Shown: in pieces, positions 8,726-18,096 of the stretch
How positions within the stretch are numbered: position 1 is the first letter of the stretch
Layout of the letters: the number at the start of each line of letters is the position of its first letter
From: an uncultured Actinomycetota bacterium
GTDB taxonomy: Bacteria; Actinomycetota; Actinomycetes; Streptosporangiales; Streptosporangiaceae
Direction: 5' to 3'
Assembly (NCBI GenBank): GCA_963844655.1
Contig: CAWJPA010000006.1
Span: forward strand, 667,633-731,632
Length of the DNA stretch: 64,000 nt
The notes under the pieces: generated by a model
What the model was told of the DNA's origin: nothing
The model's database searches: none
The model's input: only the letters and a program-made list of their open reading frames with translations
Translations under genes and position numbers: made by a program

Positions 8726-10099
8726 ATGCGCGTTGCAGCGCAGGCGCGGCCAGCGCGGGTCAGGGGCCGCGGCCTGCCCGGAGGGCCGGCCGGCGCGATC
8801 CTGCGCGCCCCGGTCACCGCCCGGGCCTGGCGGGAGCTGGCCTACTGCGTGGTGGGCCTGGCGCTGGCCTGCGCCGGGTTCGCTGTCGTCCTGATCCTGC
8901 TCGTGGCCGGCTCGGCGCTGACCATCTCGGTCGCCGGGACGGTCGTCGGCCTGCTGCTGCTGTACGGCACGCTCGTGCTGGCCCGTACGGTTGGCGCGCT
9001 GCACCGGCGGCTGGCCGCGGTGCTGCTCGGGGAGCAGGTGGCCGCCCCGCCGGCGTTCCGGCCCGGCACCGGGTTCCTGGGCCGGCTTGAGGCCAGGCTC
9101 CGCGACGCCGCGGGCTGGCGGGCCGCGGCGTATCTGCTGCTCAAGCTGCCGGTGGCGGTGCTCGGCGCCATGGTGGCCGCGTACCTGTGGATCTACGGCC
9201 TGTTCATGCTGACCTATCCCGTGTGGTGGGCCATCCTGCACCGGTTGCCGTACCGGGTGCACGGCGTCACGCGGCCGAACCCCGTCGCCGCCCCGCTGCC
9301 GTGGGGCGGCCTGCACGTCGCGACCCTGGCCGGGGCCTTCGTGATCGTCCCGATCGGGGTGGCGCTGGTGCTCGCGGCCCCGTGGGGGGTGCGGGCGGTG
9401 GTGACCGCCGACCGCTCACTGATCCGGAGCCTGCTCGGGCCGGGCAGCCTGCGCGCGCGGGTCAGGTTCCTTGAGCAGGCCAGAGCGCACGCGGTCGACG
9501 ACTCGGCGGCCACCCTGCGCCGGGTGGAGCGCGACCTGCACGACGGCGCGCAGGCGCGGCTGGCGGCGCTCGCGCTGAGCCTGGGCCTGGCCAAGGAGAA
9601 GCTGGGCGACGACGGCCCGCCTGCGGACGTGGACCGGGCCAGGGAGCTGGTCGACTCCGCGCACCGCAGCGCCAAGGAGGCCCTGGCCGAACTGCGCGAC
9701 CTGGCCCGCGGCATCCACCCGCCCGCGCTGGACGCCGGCCTGGCCGACGCGCTGGCCACACTCACGGCCCGGAGCGCGGTCCCGGTGGCGGTCGCGGTCG
9801 ACCTGCCTGTCCGGCCCACGCCCGCGATCGAGACCATCGCCTACTTCTGCGCGGCCGAGCTGCTCGCCAACGCCATCAAGCACAGCGCCGCCAGGCAGGT
9901 GGTGATCGAGGCCGCCGAGCCGGGCGGGAAACTCAGGCTCCGGGTGGCCGACGACGGGACCGGCGGGGCCGACCCCGGCGGCGGAACCGGCCTGCGCGGC
10001 CTGGCCGACCGTGTGCGCACGGTGGACGGCCGCCTCGAGGTCACGAGCCCGGCGGGCGGCCCGACCGTGATCACGGTCGAGCTGCCGCTGCACGCATGA
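8726..10099 (+). CDS. sensor histidine kinase (HisKA_3 type, multi-TM putative-sensor N-terminus)
   Basis: H-box LHDGAQARLAAL, N-box ELLANAIKHS, G-boxes DDGTGG and GTGLRGLADRV. ATG 8726 is preceded by GGAGA. An alternative ATG at 8711 overlaps the ABC gene stop. Confidence 0.85.
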   Translation: MRVAAQARPARVRGRGLPGGPAGAILRAPVTARAWRELAYCVVGLALACAGFAVVLILLVAGSALTISVAGTVVGLLLLYGTLVLARTVGALHRRLAAVLLGEQVAAPPAFRPGTGFLGRLEARLRDAAGWRAAAYLLLKLPVAVLGAMVAAYLWIYGLFMLTYPVWWAILHRLPYRVHGVTRPNPVAAPLPWGGLHVATLAGAFVIVPIGVALVLAAPWGVRAVVTADRSLIRSLLGPGSLRARVRFLEQARAHAVDDSAATLRRVERDLHDGAQARLAALALSLGLAKEKLGDDGPPADVDRARELVDSAHRSAKEALAELRDLARGIHPPALDAGLADALATLTARSAVPVAVAVDLPVRPTPAIETIAYFCAAELLANAIKHSAARQVVIEAAEPGGKLRLRVADDGTGGADPGGGTGLRGLADRVRTVDGRLEVTSPAGGPTVITVELPLHA

Positions 10100-10109
10100 G
10101 GGGCGGGCC

Positions 10110-10754
10110 ATGCGGGTCGTAATCGCCGAGGACTCGGCCATCATGCGGGCTGGCCTCGCCCAGCTGCTGGCCGACCGCGGCCACGAGGTGTGCGCGGAGG
10201 TGGCCGACGGCGACGCCCTGCTCGCGGCCGTCGCCGAGCACCGGCCCGACGTCACGATCGTGGACATCCGGATGCCGCCGACCCATACCGACGAGGGCCT
10301 GCGCGCGGCCATCGCCCTGCGCCGCGACTACCCGCAGACCGGGGTGCTGCTGTTCTCGCAGTACGTGGAGACCCGTTACGCCGCCCGGCTGCTGGCCGGG
10401 AACGCGTCGGGTGTCGGCTACCTGCTCAAGGACCGGGTCGCGGACGTGGCCGAGTTCACCGCGGCGCTGGACCGGGTCGCGGCGGGCGGGACCGCGCTGG
10501 ATCCTGAGGTGGTCAGCCAGCTGCTCAGGGTCAGCCGGCGCTCCGCGGGCCTGGCCACGCTGACCGCGCGTGAGCGGGAGGTGCTGGCGCTGATGGCCGA
10601 GGGGAGGTCGAACGCGGGGATCGCGGCCGGCCTGGTCATCTCGGCCGGGGCCGTGGAAAAGCACGTGGCCAGCATCTTCGGCAAGCTGGGCCTGCCCCCG
10701 TCGGAGAGTGACAACCGCCGGGTCCTCGCGGTGCTGCGCCTCCTGGAGACCTGA
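10110..10754 (+). CDS. NarL/LuxR-family response regulator
   Basis: A receiver domain (MRVVIAEDS...VDIRMPP) plus the LuxR HTH LTAREREVLALMAEGRSNAGIAAGLVISAGAVEKHV. Confidence 0.9.
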   Translation: MRVVIAEDSAIMRAGLAQLLADRGHEVCAEVADGDALLAAVAEHRPDVTIVDIRMPPTHTDEGLRAAIALRRDYPQTGVLLFSQYVETRYAARLLAGNASGVGYLLKDRVADVAEFTAALDRVAAGGTALDPEVVSQLLRVSRRSAGLATLTAREREVLALMAEGRSNAGIAAGLVISAGAVEKHVASIFGKLGLPPSESDNRRVLAVLRLLET

Positions 10755-10826
10755 TCCGGGCCTCACGCGGGCCAGGAACGGGCCCCCGGCGCGCTGCGTG
10801 CCACCGGGCTGGCCGCCCGCCTCCTG

Positions 10827-11048
10827 CTAGCCGAAGTCGCCGTCCCTGACGCCGGCCAGGAACTCGGCGAAGTCGGTGCGCGCGCAGATCAGCGCGGGCC
10901 CGCCGGGGAAGCGGGAGTTGCGGATGGCGACGGCGCCGTCGATCTCGGCTATCTCGACGCAGTTCCCGCTGGGGTTGCTGTGCCGGCTCTTGCGCCAGGC
11001 GGCCCCGTCGAGGCGAGGGTCGTGCGGGCTGGCGGGGGACAAGTCCAC
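10827..11048 (-). CDS. DUF397 domain-containing protein
   Basis: WRKSRHSNPSGNCVEIA...AIRNSRFPGGPAL is the characteristic DUF397 signature of actinomycetes. Confidence 0.8.
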   Translation of the reverse strand: MDLSPASPHDPRLDGAAWRKSRHSNPSGNCVEIAEIDGAVAIRNSRFPGGPALICARTDFAEFLAGVRDGDFG

Positions 11049-11272
11049 GGGTGTCCTTTCCGGGCTGTTCGGGAGGTATCACCGCGCGCCATGGCTGACC
11101 CAGCGACGCCGGGCCGGGAAGAGCAGCGGGGTGAGTCCGGATGCATGTGCAGGAGTATTTGCAGATGAAATCCTGCGGGGCATCGTAGTAGACCCGCCGC
11201 TGCGCCGTCCGCTGTCCGGACGAACCGGCCGGAGGGGATTCGCCCGGGCCCTGGCCGGGCCAGGGAGCGGGT

Positions 11273-11800
11273 TCAGATCAGCGTCTGGCCGCTGACCCGG
11301 CGCTCGTGCGCGAGCAGGTACTGCTTGCGCTCGATCCCGCCGCCGTACCCGGTCAGGCTGCCGTCGGCGCCCACCACCCGGTGGCACGGCACGATGATGC
11401 CGATGGGGTTCTTCCCGTTGGCCAGGCCCACGGCCCGCGAAGCCGATGGCTGCCCGATCTGGTCGGCGAGCTGGCCGTAAGAGACCGTCTGGCCGTAGGG
11501 GATGTCCTGCAGGGCCGCCCAGACCCGCTGCTGGAACGGGGTGCCGCGCAGCGCGAGCCGCAGGTCGAAATCGGCCCGCTCCCCGGCGAAGTACTGCTTG
11601 AGCTGCTGCGACACCTCGGCGAACAGCTCACCGTCCTGGTCCGCCCCCGGCACCCCGAACCTCTCATCCGCGGGCCGGTGCCGCTGCTCGTTCATGTACA
11701 GGCCGGCCAGGGCCCCGTCGGCGGCGACCAGCGTGAGCGGCCCGACCGGGCTGTCCACGGTGACGTGGGTCGTGCGCCCGTCCAGTGTGCTCGGTGTCAT
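11273..11800 (-). CDS. ogt: methylated-DNA--protein-cysteine methyltransferase
   Basis: Active site IIVPCHRVVG, and YGQLADQIGQPSASRAVGLANGKNP. ATG 11800 overlaps the upstream stop (ATGA). Confidence 0.9.
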   Translation of the reverse strand: MTPSTLDGRTTHVTVDSPVGPLTLVAADGALAGLYMNEQRHRPADERFGVPGADQDGELFAEVSQQLKQYFAGERADFDLRLALRGTPFQQRVWAALQDIPYGQTVSYGQLADQIGQPSASRAVGLANGKNPIGIIVPCHRVVGADGSLTGYGGGIERKQYLLAHERRVSGQTLI

Positions 11801-13338
11801 GCTGCGTCCTTTCGTGTTGGCCTGGCCCGGCGGGACCGCCGGGGCGGCTGGCGCCGTGCGGCCTGGCCGTCGGCCGGCATCCGGTTGATGGCGTGGTCGC
11901 CGGTGGCCCACAGGTACTGCACCGCGTACGCGCGCCACGGCCGCCACGCCGCGGCGCGGCCGGTCAGCGCGGCGGGCGTGACCGGCAGGCCAAGCTGCCG
12001 CGCCGCGAGCCTGACGCCCAGATCACCCGCGACGAACGCATCAGGGTCACCGAGGCCGCGCATCGCGATCGTCTCCACGCTCCACGGGCCGAGCCCGGGC
12101 AGCGCGGCCAGCTGAGCCCGGGCCTGCTGCCAGTCGCTGCCGACGCCGAGGTCGATGCGGCCGTCGGCCAGCGCCCGGGTCAGGGCGGCGAACGTGGCGC
12201 GGCGCGCCCGCGGCAGGGCCAGCGTGGCCGGGTCCAGCCCGGCCAGCGCCGCCATCTCGGGGAACAGGTGAGTCAGGCCGCCCGCCGGGTCATCGATCTG
12301 GCCGCCGCGGGCGGTCACCAGCCGGGCGGCGTGGGTTCGCGCCGCCGCCGTGGAGACCTGCTGGCCGAGCACCACGCGGACGGCGAACTCCGGGGCGTCG
12401 ACCGTGCGCGGCACCCGCCGCCCCGGTGCCTTGGCCAGCAGGGGCGCGAGCACCGCGTCCTCGGCCAGCAGGTCATCCACGGCCACCGGGTCGGCGTCCA
12501 AGTCAAGCAGCCGCCGGCAGCGGCTGATCGCGATGGCGAGATCGCGCAGGTCGGTGAGTGACAGCTGGCAGGCGATGTACTCCGGCTCGGGCCGCAGCGC
12601 CACGACGCCGTGCCCGTGCGGCAGGCGCAGGGTGCGCCGGTAAGCCCCGTCCCGCCACTCCTCGACCCCGGGCACGGCCGTCGCGGCCAGGTGGCCGAAC
12701 AGGTTGTCGGGGAACAGCGGCGACCGGAACGGCAGCCGCAGGGACAGCGCGCCCGGCACGGCCGCGGGCTGCCCGCGGCCCGCGCGCCTGCGCAGCTCGG
12801 TGGGGGAGAGGGCGAAGACCTCGCGCACCGTGTCGTTGAACGTCCTGATGCTGGCGAACCCCGCGGCGAACGCGACGTCACCCATCGGCAGCGCGCTGGT
12901 CTCGATGAGCAGGCGGGCGGTCTGGGCCCGCTGCGCCCGGGCCAGGGCCAGCGGACCCGCACCGAGTTCGGCCAGCAGCTGGCGCTCGATCTGGCGGACG
13001 CTGTAGCCGAGCCGGGCCGCGAGCCCGGGCACGCCGTCGCGGTCGATGACCCCGTCGGCGATCAGCCGCATCGCCCGCGCCACCAGATCGGCGCGCTCGT
13101 TCCACTGCGGCGACCCCGGGCTGGTGTCCGGCCGGCACCGCTTGCAGGCCCGGAATCCGGCCTGCTGGGCGGCGGCGGCGCTGGGATAGAACCGCATGTT
13201 CTCCGGCTTGGGCGGCACCACCGGGCAGCTCGGCCTGCAGTAGATCCCGGTGGTGACGACCGCGGTGAAGAACCAGCCGTCGAAGCGGGCGTCTTTGGAC
13301 TGGACGGCCCGGATCCTGTGCTCCCTTTCCTCGTCCAC
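11797..13338 (-). CDS. bifunctional Ada-type regulator / DNA-3-methyladenine glycosylase II (Ada N-domain, AraC HTH, AlkA)
   Basis: Zn-Cys4 methylphosphotriester domain (DARFDGWFFTAVVTTGIYCRPSCP...FRACKRCRPD), an AraC-type HTH, then an AlkA N-domain and an HhH-GPD region ending WRPWRAYAVQYLW. I place the start at GTG 13338. The 630-aa track ORF extends upstream into non-coding-looking sequence. Confidence 0.85.
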   Translation of the reverse strand: MDEEREHRIRAVQSKDARFDGWFFTAVVTTGIYCRPSCPVVPPKPENMRFYPSAAAAQQAGFRACKRCRPDTSPGSPQWNERADLVARAMRLIADGVIDRDGVPGLAARLGYSVRQIERQLLAELGAGPLALARAQRAQTARLLIETSALPMGDVAFAAGFASIRTFNDTVREVFALSPTELRRRAGRGQPAAVPGALSLRLPFRSPLFPDNLFGHLAATAVPGVEEWRDGAYRRTLRLPHGHGVVALRPEPEYIACQLSLTDLRDLAIAISRCRRLLDLDADPVAVDDLLAEDAVLAPLLAKAPGRRVPRTVDAPEFAVRVVLGQQVSTAAARTHAARLVTARGGQIDDPAGGLTHLFPEMAALAGLDPATLALPRARRATFAALTRALADGRIDLGVGSDWQQARAQLAALPGLGPWSVETIAMRGLGDPDAFVAGDLGVRLAARQLGLPVTPAALTGRAAAWRPWRAYAVQYLWATGDHAINRMPADGQAARRQPPRRSRRARPTRKDAA

Positions 13339-13456
13339 CCGCCCAGCATCGGGCCAGGAGCGACGCAGGTCTAGCGAAAATCCGACAGGGACGTCACGCC
13401 GGCCCGCGTTCCGGGGGTGATGTCGCGAAACCGCGACCGACCCACCCGCGAAAGAT

Positions 13457-13484
13457 GCGTAATCAGAAAATTTGCTGATCACGC
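13457..13484. promoter_or_regulatory. 28-bp imperfect palindrome, candidate TetR operator
   Basis: GCGTAATCAGAAAATTTGCTGATCACGC; the half-sites match at 12 of 14 positions. It lies in the divergent region between ada/alkA and the TetR gene, 15 nt upstream of ATG 13499. Confidence 0.5.
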
Positions 13485-13498
13485 AATTTCCGCCTACC

Positions 13499-14212
13499 AT
13501 GGCCGCCGTGACCGATGTCCAGGCCGACCACGACGCCCAGTCCGACGGGCTGCGCGAGCGGAAGAAGCTGGCCACCCGGCAGGCGCTCAGCGCCGCAGCG
13601 CTGCGCCTGGCGGTCCAGCGCGGCCTGGACAACGTGCTGGTCGAGGACATCGCGGCCGAGGCCGGGGTGTCGTCGCGGACGTTCAACAACTACTTCTCCA
13701 GCAAATACGAGGCGATCTGCGGCATCGCCATGGACCGGGGGCGGCTGATCGGCGAGGCGCTTCAGCAGCGCCCGGCGGATGAGCCGCTGTGGGAGGCGAT
13801 CAGTCACGCGGTCCTGCAGCAGCACACCGACGTCGACCGGGTGCCCGACAAGGACAAGATCGCGAGCATCCGGGTCGTGGTGCAGTCACCGTCGCTGCGG
13901 GGGGAGTACCTGAAGGCGCAATACGTGATGCAGCGCGCCCTGGCCGACGCCATCGCCGAGCGCATAGGGACCGATGCCGCGACCGACATGCTGCCCCGGG
14001 TGGTGGCGGGCGCGGTCATGGCCGCCACGCAGGTCGCGATGGAGCGCTGGATCATGGCCGATCCGCCGGTCGCGCTGGGGCCCCTGATGCGGCGCGCGCT
14101 CCGCCAGCTCACCGAGGCCGTGCCCGCGGCCGAGTCCTCCCCGGCGGGCCCTGACCCCGGAGCCGGGCCCCTCACTCTGGCCCAGGCCGCCATGATGCCG
14201 GCCACTACCTGA
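13499..14212 (+). CDS. TetR/AcrR family transcriptional regulator
   Basis: N-terminal HTH RERKKLATRQALSAAALRLAVQRGLDNVLVEDIAAEAGVSSRTFNNYF. It sits directly upstream of the ABC exporter pair. Confidence 0.85.
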   Translation: MAAVTDVQADHDAQSDGLRERKKLATRQALSAAALRLAVQRGLDNVLVEDIAAEAGVSSRTFNNYFSSKYEAICGIAMDRGRLIGEALQQRPADEPLWEAISHAVLQQHTDVDRVPDKDKIASIRVVVQSPSLRGEYLKAQYVMQRALADAIAERIGTDAATDMLPRVVAGAVMAATQVAMERWIMADPPVALGPLMRRALRQLTEAVPAAESSPAGPDPGAGPLTLAQAAMMPATT

Positions 14213-14225
14213 CGAGCGAGCTCCC

Positions 14226-15965
14226 GTGCTGCTGTTTCAACTCCTGCGAACCCAGCTGCGCCCCTACCGCAGGCCGGTCGCGCTGCTGGTGCTGCTGCAG
14301 CTGGCGCAGACCCTGGCCACCCTCTACCTGCCCACGCTGAACGCCGACATCATCGACAAGGGCGTGGTTACCGGCGACACCAGCTACATCATGCGGACCG
14401 GCGGCATCATGCTCGCGGTGACGCTGGTCCAGATCGTGTGCGCCATCGGCGCGGTCTACCTCGGCGCCAGGACCGCGATGTCCGTGGGGCGGGACGTGCG
14501 GCACGCGGTCTTCAGCCGGGTGCAGGACTTCTCCGCCCGCGACGTCGGACGGTTCGGCACCCCGTCGCTGATCACCCGGGCCACCAACGACGTCCAGCAG
14601 GTCCAGATGCTGGCCTTGCTGACGTTCACGCTGATGGTGTCGGCGCCCATCATGTGCGTGGGCGGCATCATCCTGGCCCTCAACCAGGACGTCCGGCTGT
14701 CCTCGCTGCTGCTGGTCGCGGTCCCGCTGCTGGCCGTCATCGTCGGCGTGATCATCACCCGGATGCGGCCGCTGTTCCGGCTGATGCAGGACCGGATCGA
14801 CCACACCAACCGGGTGCTGCGAGAGCAGATCACCGGCGTCCGGGTGATCCGCGCGTTCGTCCGCGACCGGAGCGAGCAGGAACGGTTCGGCGACGTCAAC
14901 AACGAGCTGTTCGACGTCTCGCTGGGGGTCGGCCGGCTGATGGCGCTGATGTTCCCCACGGTCATGCTCGTGCTCAACTTCTCCAGCGTGGCCGTGCTCT
15001 GGTTCGGCGGGCACCTCGTGGCCGACGGCAGCATGCAGATCGGCGCGCTGACCGCCTTCCTCAGCTACCTGCTGCAGATTCTCATGTCCGTGATGATGGC
15101 CACGTTCATGTTCATGATGGTGCCGCGGGCCGAGGTGAGCGCGGAGCGCATCACCGAGGTGCTCGACACCGAGCCGGACGTGGTCCCGCCCACCGACCCC
15201 GTGCACCTGCGCGAGGTCCGCGGCCAGGTGGAGCTGCGGAACGTGGAGTTCCGCTATCCCGGGGCCGAGGAGCCCGTGCTGTGTGACATCGGGCTCAAGG
15301 CCGGGCCGGGCGAGATCACCGCGATCATCGGCGGCACCGGCAGCGGCAAGACCACCCTGCTGAGCCTCATCCCGCGGCTGTTCGACGTGACGGGCGGCGC
15401 CGTGCTCGTCGACGGCGTCGACGTCCGCGAGCTGGACCCGGCGACCCTGTCCGCGGCCATCGGCCTGGTGCCGCAGAAGCCGTACCTGTTCTCCGGCACC
15501 GTCGCCTCCAACCTGCGCTACGGCAAGCCCGACGCCACCGAGGCCGAGCTCTGGCGGGCCCTGGAGATCGCCCAGGCGCGTGACTTCGTCGAGCGCATGG
15601 AGGGCAGGCTGGACGCGAAGATCGACCAGGGCGGCACGAACGTCTCCGGCGGGCAGCGGCAGCGCCTGGCCATCGCCCGCGCCGTGGTGCACCAGCCGGT
15701 GATTTACCTGTTCGACGACTCGTTCTCCGCGCTCGACTACGCCACCGACGCCGCGCTGCGCGCCGCGCTCGCCGGGGAGACGGCCGCGGCCACGGTGGTC
15801 ATCGTGGCGCAGCGGGTCAGCACCATCCGCCACGCCGACCGCATCGTGGTGCTCGACGAGGGCCGCGTGGTCGCCACCGGCACGCACACCGAGCTCATGG
15901 ACTCCGACGAGACATACAGGGAGATCGTGCTCTCCCAGCTCACCGAGCAGGAGGCGGCGGCGTGA
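14226..15965 (+). CDS. ABC transporter permease/ATP-binding fusion protein (exporter half, MdlA-like)
   Basis: Six-TM domain, then Walker A GGTGSGKTT, signature VSGGQRQRLAIARA, and Walker B IYLFDDSFSALD. Confidence 0.9.
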   Translation: MLLFQLLRTQLRPYRRPVALLVLLQLAQTLATLYLPTLNADIIDKGVVTGDTSYIMRTGGIMLAVTLVQIVCAIGAVYLGARTAMSVGRDVRHAVFSRVQDFSARDVGRFGTPSLITRATNDVQQVQMLALLTFTLMVSAPIMCVGGIILALNQDVRLSSLLLVAVPLLAVIVGVIITRMRPLFRLMQDRIDHTNRVLREQITGVRVIRAFVRDRSEQERFGDVNNELFDVSLGVGRLMALMFPTVMLVLNFSSVAVLWFGGHLVADGSMQIGALTAFLSYLLQILMSVMMATFMFMMVPRAEVSAERITEVLDTEPDVVPPTDPVHLREVRGQVELRNVEFRYPGAEEPVLCDIGLKAGPGEITAIIGGTGSGKTTLLSLIPRLFDVTGGAVLVDGVDVRELDPATLSAAIGLVPQKPYLFSGTVASNLRYGKPDATEAELWRALEIAQARDFVERMEGRLDAKIDQGGTNVSGGQRQRLAIARAVVHQPVIYLFDDSFSALDYATDAALRAALAGETAAATVVIVAQRVSTIRHADRIVVLDEGRVVATGTHTELMDSDETYREIVLSQLTEQEAAA

Positions 15966-18061
15966 CCGGCCCCCAGCACGGCGGCCAGGCCCGCGACGGC
16001 AACGGCAGCGGCCCGGCAGGCAACGGAAGCGCCCCGGCCGAGAACGGCGCGAGCGGGGCCGCCGGGAACGGCGCGAGCGGGGCCGCCGGCGCGGGCGAGC
16101 GCGCGGTCCCGCGCCGCGGCCCCGGGCCAGCGCCCGGCATGAACCGAGGGCCCGCCGCCTTCATGGGCGGCCGGTCCACCGAGAAGGCGCTGAACTTCCG
16201 CGGCTCCAGCCGCCGGCTGCTGCGCACGCTCGCACCGCAGCGCCCACTGGTCGCGCTCGCCCTCATCCTGGGTGTGGCCAGCGTGACCCTGACCGTGCTC
16301 GGGCCCCGGCTGCTGGGCGAGGTCACCAACGTGATCTTCGCCGGGCTGGTGAGCAAGCAGATCCCGGCCGGGCTGACCCAGGCGCAGGCGGTCGCGCGGC
16401 TGCGCCACCAGGGCAACGGCACGCTGGCCGACCTGGTCGGCTCGCTGCACCTGGACCCCGGCCAGGGAGTCGACTTCAACCGGGTCGCGCACCTGCTGAT
16501 CATCGTGCTGGTGATCTACGCCGTGGCCGCGGTCTTCGGCATCCTGCAGGCCCGGGTGACCACGACGATCGTGCAGCGCGCCGTGTTCGGCCTGCGCGAG
16601 CAGGTGCAGGCCAAGCTGGCCCGGCTGCCGCTGCGCTACTTTGACCGCCAGCCGCACGGCGAGATTCTCAGCCGGGTCACCAACGACATCGACAACCTGG
16701 CGCAGTCGCTGCAGCAGACGCTGAGCCAGGTGGTGATCTCGCTGCTCACCATCGTGGGCGTGCTGGCCAGCATGTTCTGGATCTCGCCGCTGCTGGCGCT
16801 GATCGCGCTGGTCACCGTGCCGGTCTCGGTGCTGGTCGTGGCGCGGATCGGCAAGCGGGCCCAGCCGCAGTTCGTCCGGCAGTGGTCCACGACGGGGAAG
16901 CTGAACGGCCACATCGAGGAGATGTACACCGGGCACGCGCTGGTCACCGTGTTCGGCCAGCGGGACCAGGCCATGCGCACGTTCACCGAGTACAACGACA
17001 AGCTGTTCGAGTCCAGCTTCCGGGCCCAGTTCATCTCCGGCACGATCCAGCCCGCGATGATGTTCATCGGCAACATCAACTACGTGCTGGTCGCGGTCGT
17101 CGGCGCGCTCCAGGTCGCCTCGGGCTCGCTGTCGCTCGGCGCGGTGCAGGCGTTCATCCAGTACTCGCGGCAGTTCAGCCAGCCGCTGACCCAGGTCGCG
17201 AGCATGGCCAACCTGCTGCAGTCCGGCGTGGCCTCGGCCGAGCGGGTGTTCGCGCTGCTCGACGCCGACGAGCAGGTGCCGGACCCGGCCGAGCCCGCCC
17301 GCCCAGACCCGGTCCACGGCCGGGTGGAGTTCCGCGACGTGTCGTTCCGGTACTTCCCTGACGCGCCGCTGATCGACGACCTGTCGCTCACCGTCGAGCC
17401 GGGCCAGACCGTGGCCATCGTCGGGCCCACCGGCGCGGGCAAGACCACGCTGGTCAACCTGCTGATGCGGTTCTACGAGCTGGACGCGGGCCAGATCACG
17501 GTGGACGGCGTCGACATCGCGTCGATGAGCCGCGAGGACCTGCGCGCGATGACCGGCATGGTGCTGCAGGACGCCTGGCTGTTCGGCGGCACGATCGCCG
17601 ACAACATCGCCTACGGCTCCGCGGGCGCGACCCGCGACCAGATCGTCGACGCGGCCCGGGCCACGTACGTCGACCGGCTCGTGCGCACGCTGCCGGACGG
17701 CTACGAGACCGTGCTCGACGACGAGGGCGGCAACGTCAGCATGGGGGAGCGGCAGCTGATCACGATCGCGCGCGCGTTCCTGGCCCGGCCCGCGATCCTG
17801 ATCCTGGACGAGGCGACCAGCTCGGTCGACACCCGGACCGAGGTGCTGATCCAGCATGCGATGAACTCGCTGCGCCAGGGCCGCACGAGCTTCGTGATCG
17901 CGCACCGGCTGTCCACCATCAGGGACGCCGACCTGATCCTGGTCATGGAGTCCGGGCAGATCGTCGAGCAGGGGGCGCACGCCGACCTGCTCGAAGCCGG
18001 CGGCGCCTACGCGCGGCTGTACGCCGCGCAGTTCGCCCAGGCCCTGGCGGAGGTGGACTAA
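15962..18061 (+). CDS. ABC transporter permease/ATP-binding fusion protein (exporter half, MdlB-like) with low-complexity N-terminal extension
   Basis: GTG 15962 overlaps the upstream TGA (GTGA). Walker A GPTGAGKTT, signature SMGERQLITIARA, Walker B ILILDEATSSVD. The first ~70 aa are Gly/Asn/Ala-rich. Confidence 0.9.
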   Translation: MTGPQHGGQARDGNGSGPAGNGSAPAENGASGAAGNGASGAAGAGERAVPRRGPGPAPGMNRGPAAFMGGRSTEKALNFRGSSRRLLRTLAPQRPLVALALILGVASVTLTVLGPRLLGEVTNVIFAGLVSKQIPAGLTQAQAVARLRHQGNGTLADLVGSLHLDPGQGVDFNRVAHLLIIVLVIYAVAAVFGILQARVTTTIVQRAVFGLREQVQAKLARLPLRYFDRQPHGEILSRVTNDIDNLAQSLQQTLSQVVISLLTIVGVLASMFWISPLLALIALVTVPVSVLVVARIGKRAQPQFVRQWSTTGKLNGHIEEMYTGHALVTVFGQRDQAMRTFTEYNDKLFESSFRAQFISGTIQPAMMFIGNINYVLVAVVGALQVASGSLSLGAVQAFIQYSRQFSQPLTQVASMANLLQSGVASAERVFALLDADEQVPDPAEPARPDPVHGRVEFRDVSFRYFPDAPLIDDLSLTVEPGQTVAIVGPTGAGKTTLVNLLMRFYELDAGQITVDGVDIASMSREDLRAMTGMVLQDAWLFGGTIADNIAYGSAGATRDQIVDAARATYVDRLVRTLPDGYETVLDDEGGNVSMGERQLITIARAFLARPAILILDEATSSVDTRTEVLIQHAMNSLRQGRTSFVIAHRLSTIRDADLILVMESGQIVEQGAHADLLEAGGAYARLYAAQFAQALAEVD

Positions 18062-18096
18062 CCCGGCGGGGACGCCAGCAACATCTGCCCACATAT

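Noticed and set aside
14205-18094. 560-aa and 785-aa minus-strand ORFs opposite the ABC exporter genes
   Set aside because: Same artefact. The plus-strand frames contain Walker A, signature and Walker B motifs and six-TM domains. The minus frames are Arg/Gly/His/Asp-rich with no motif.
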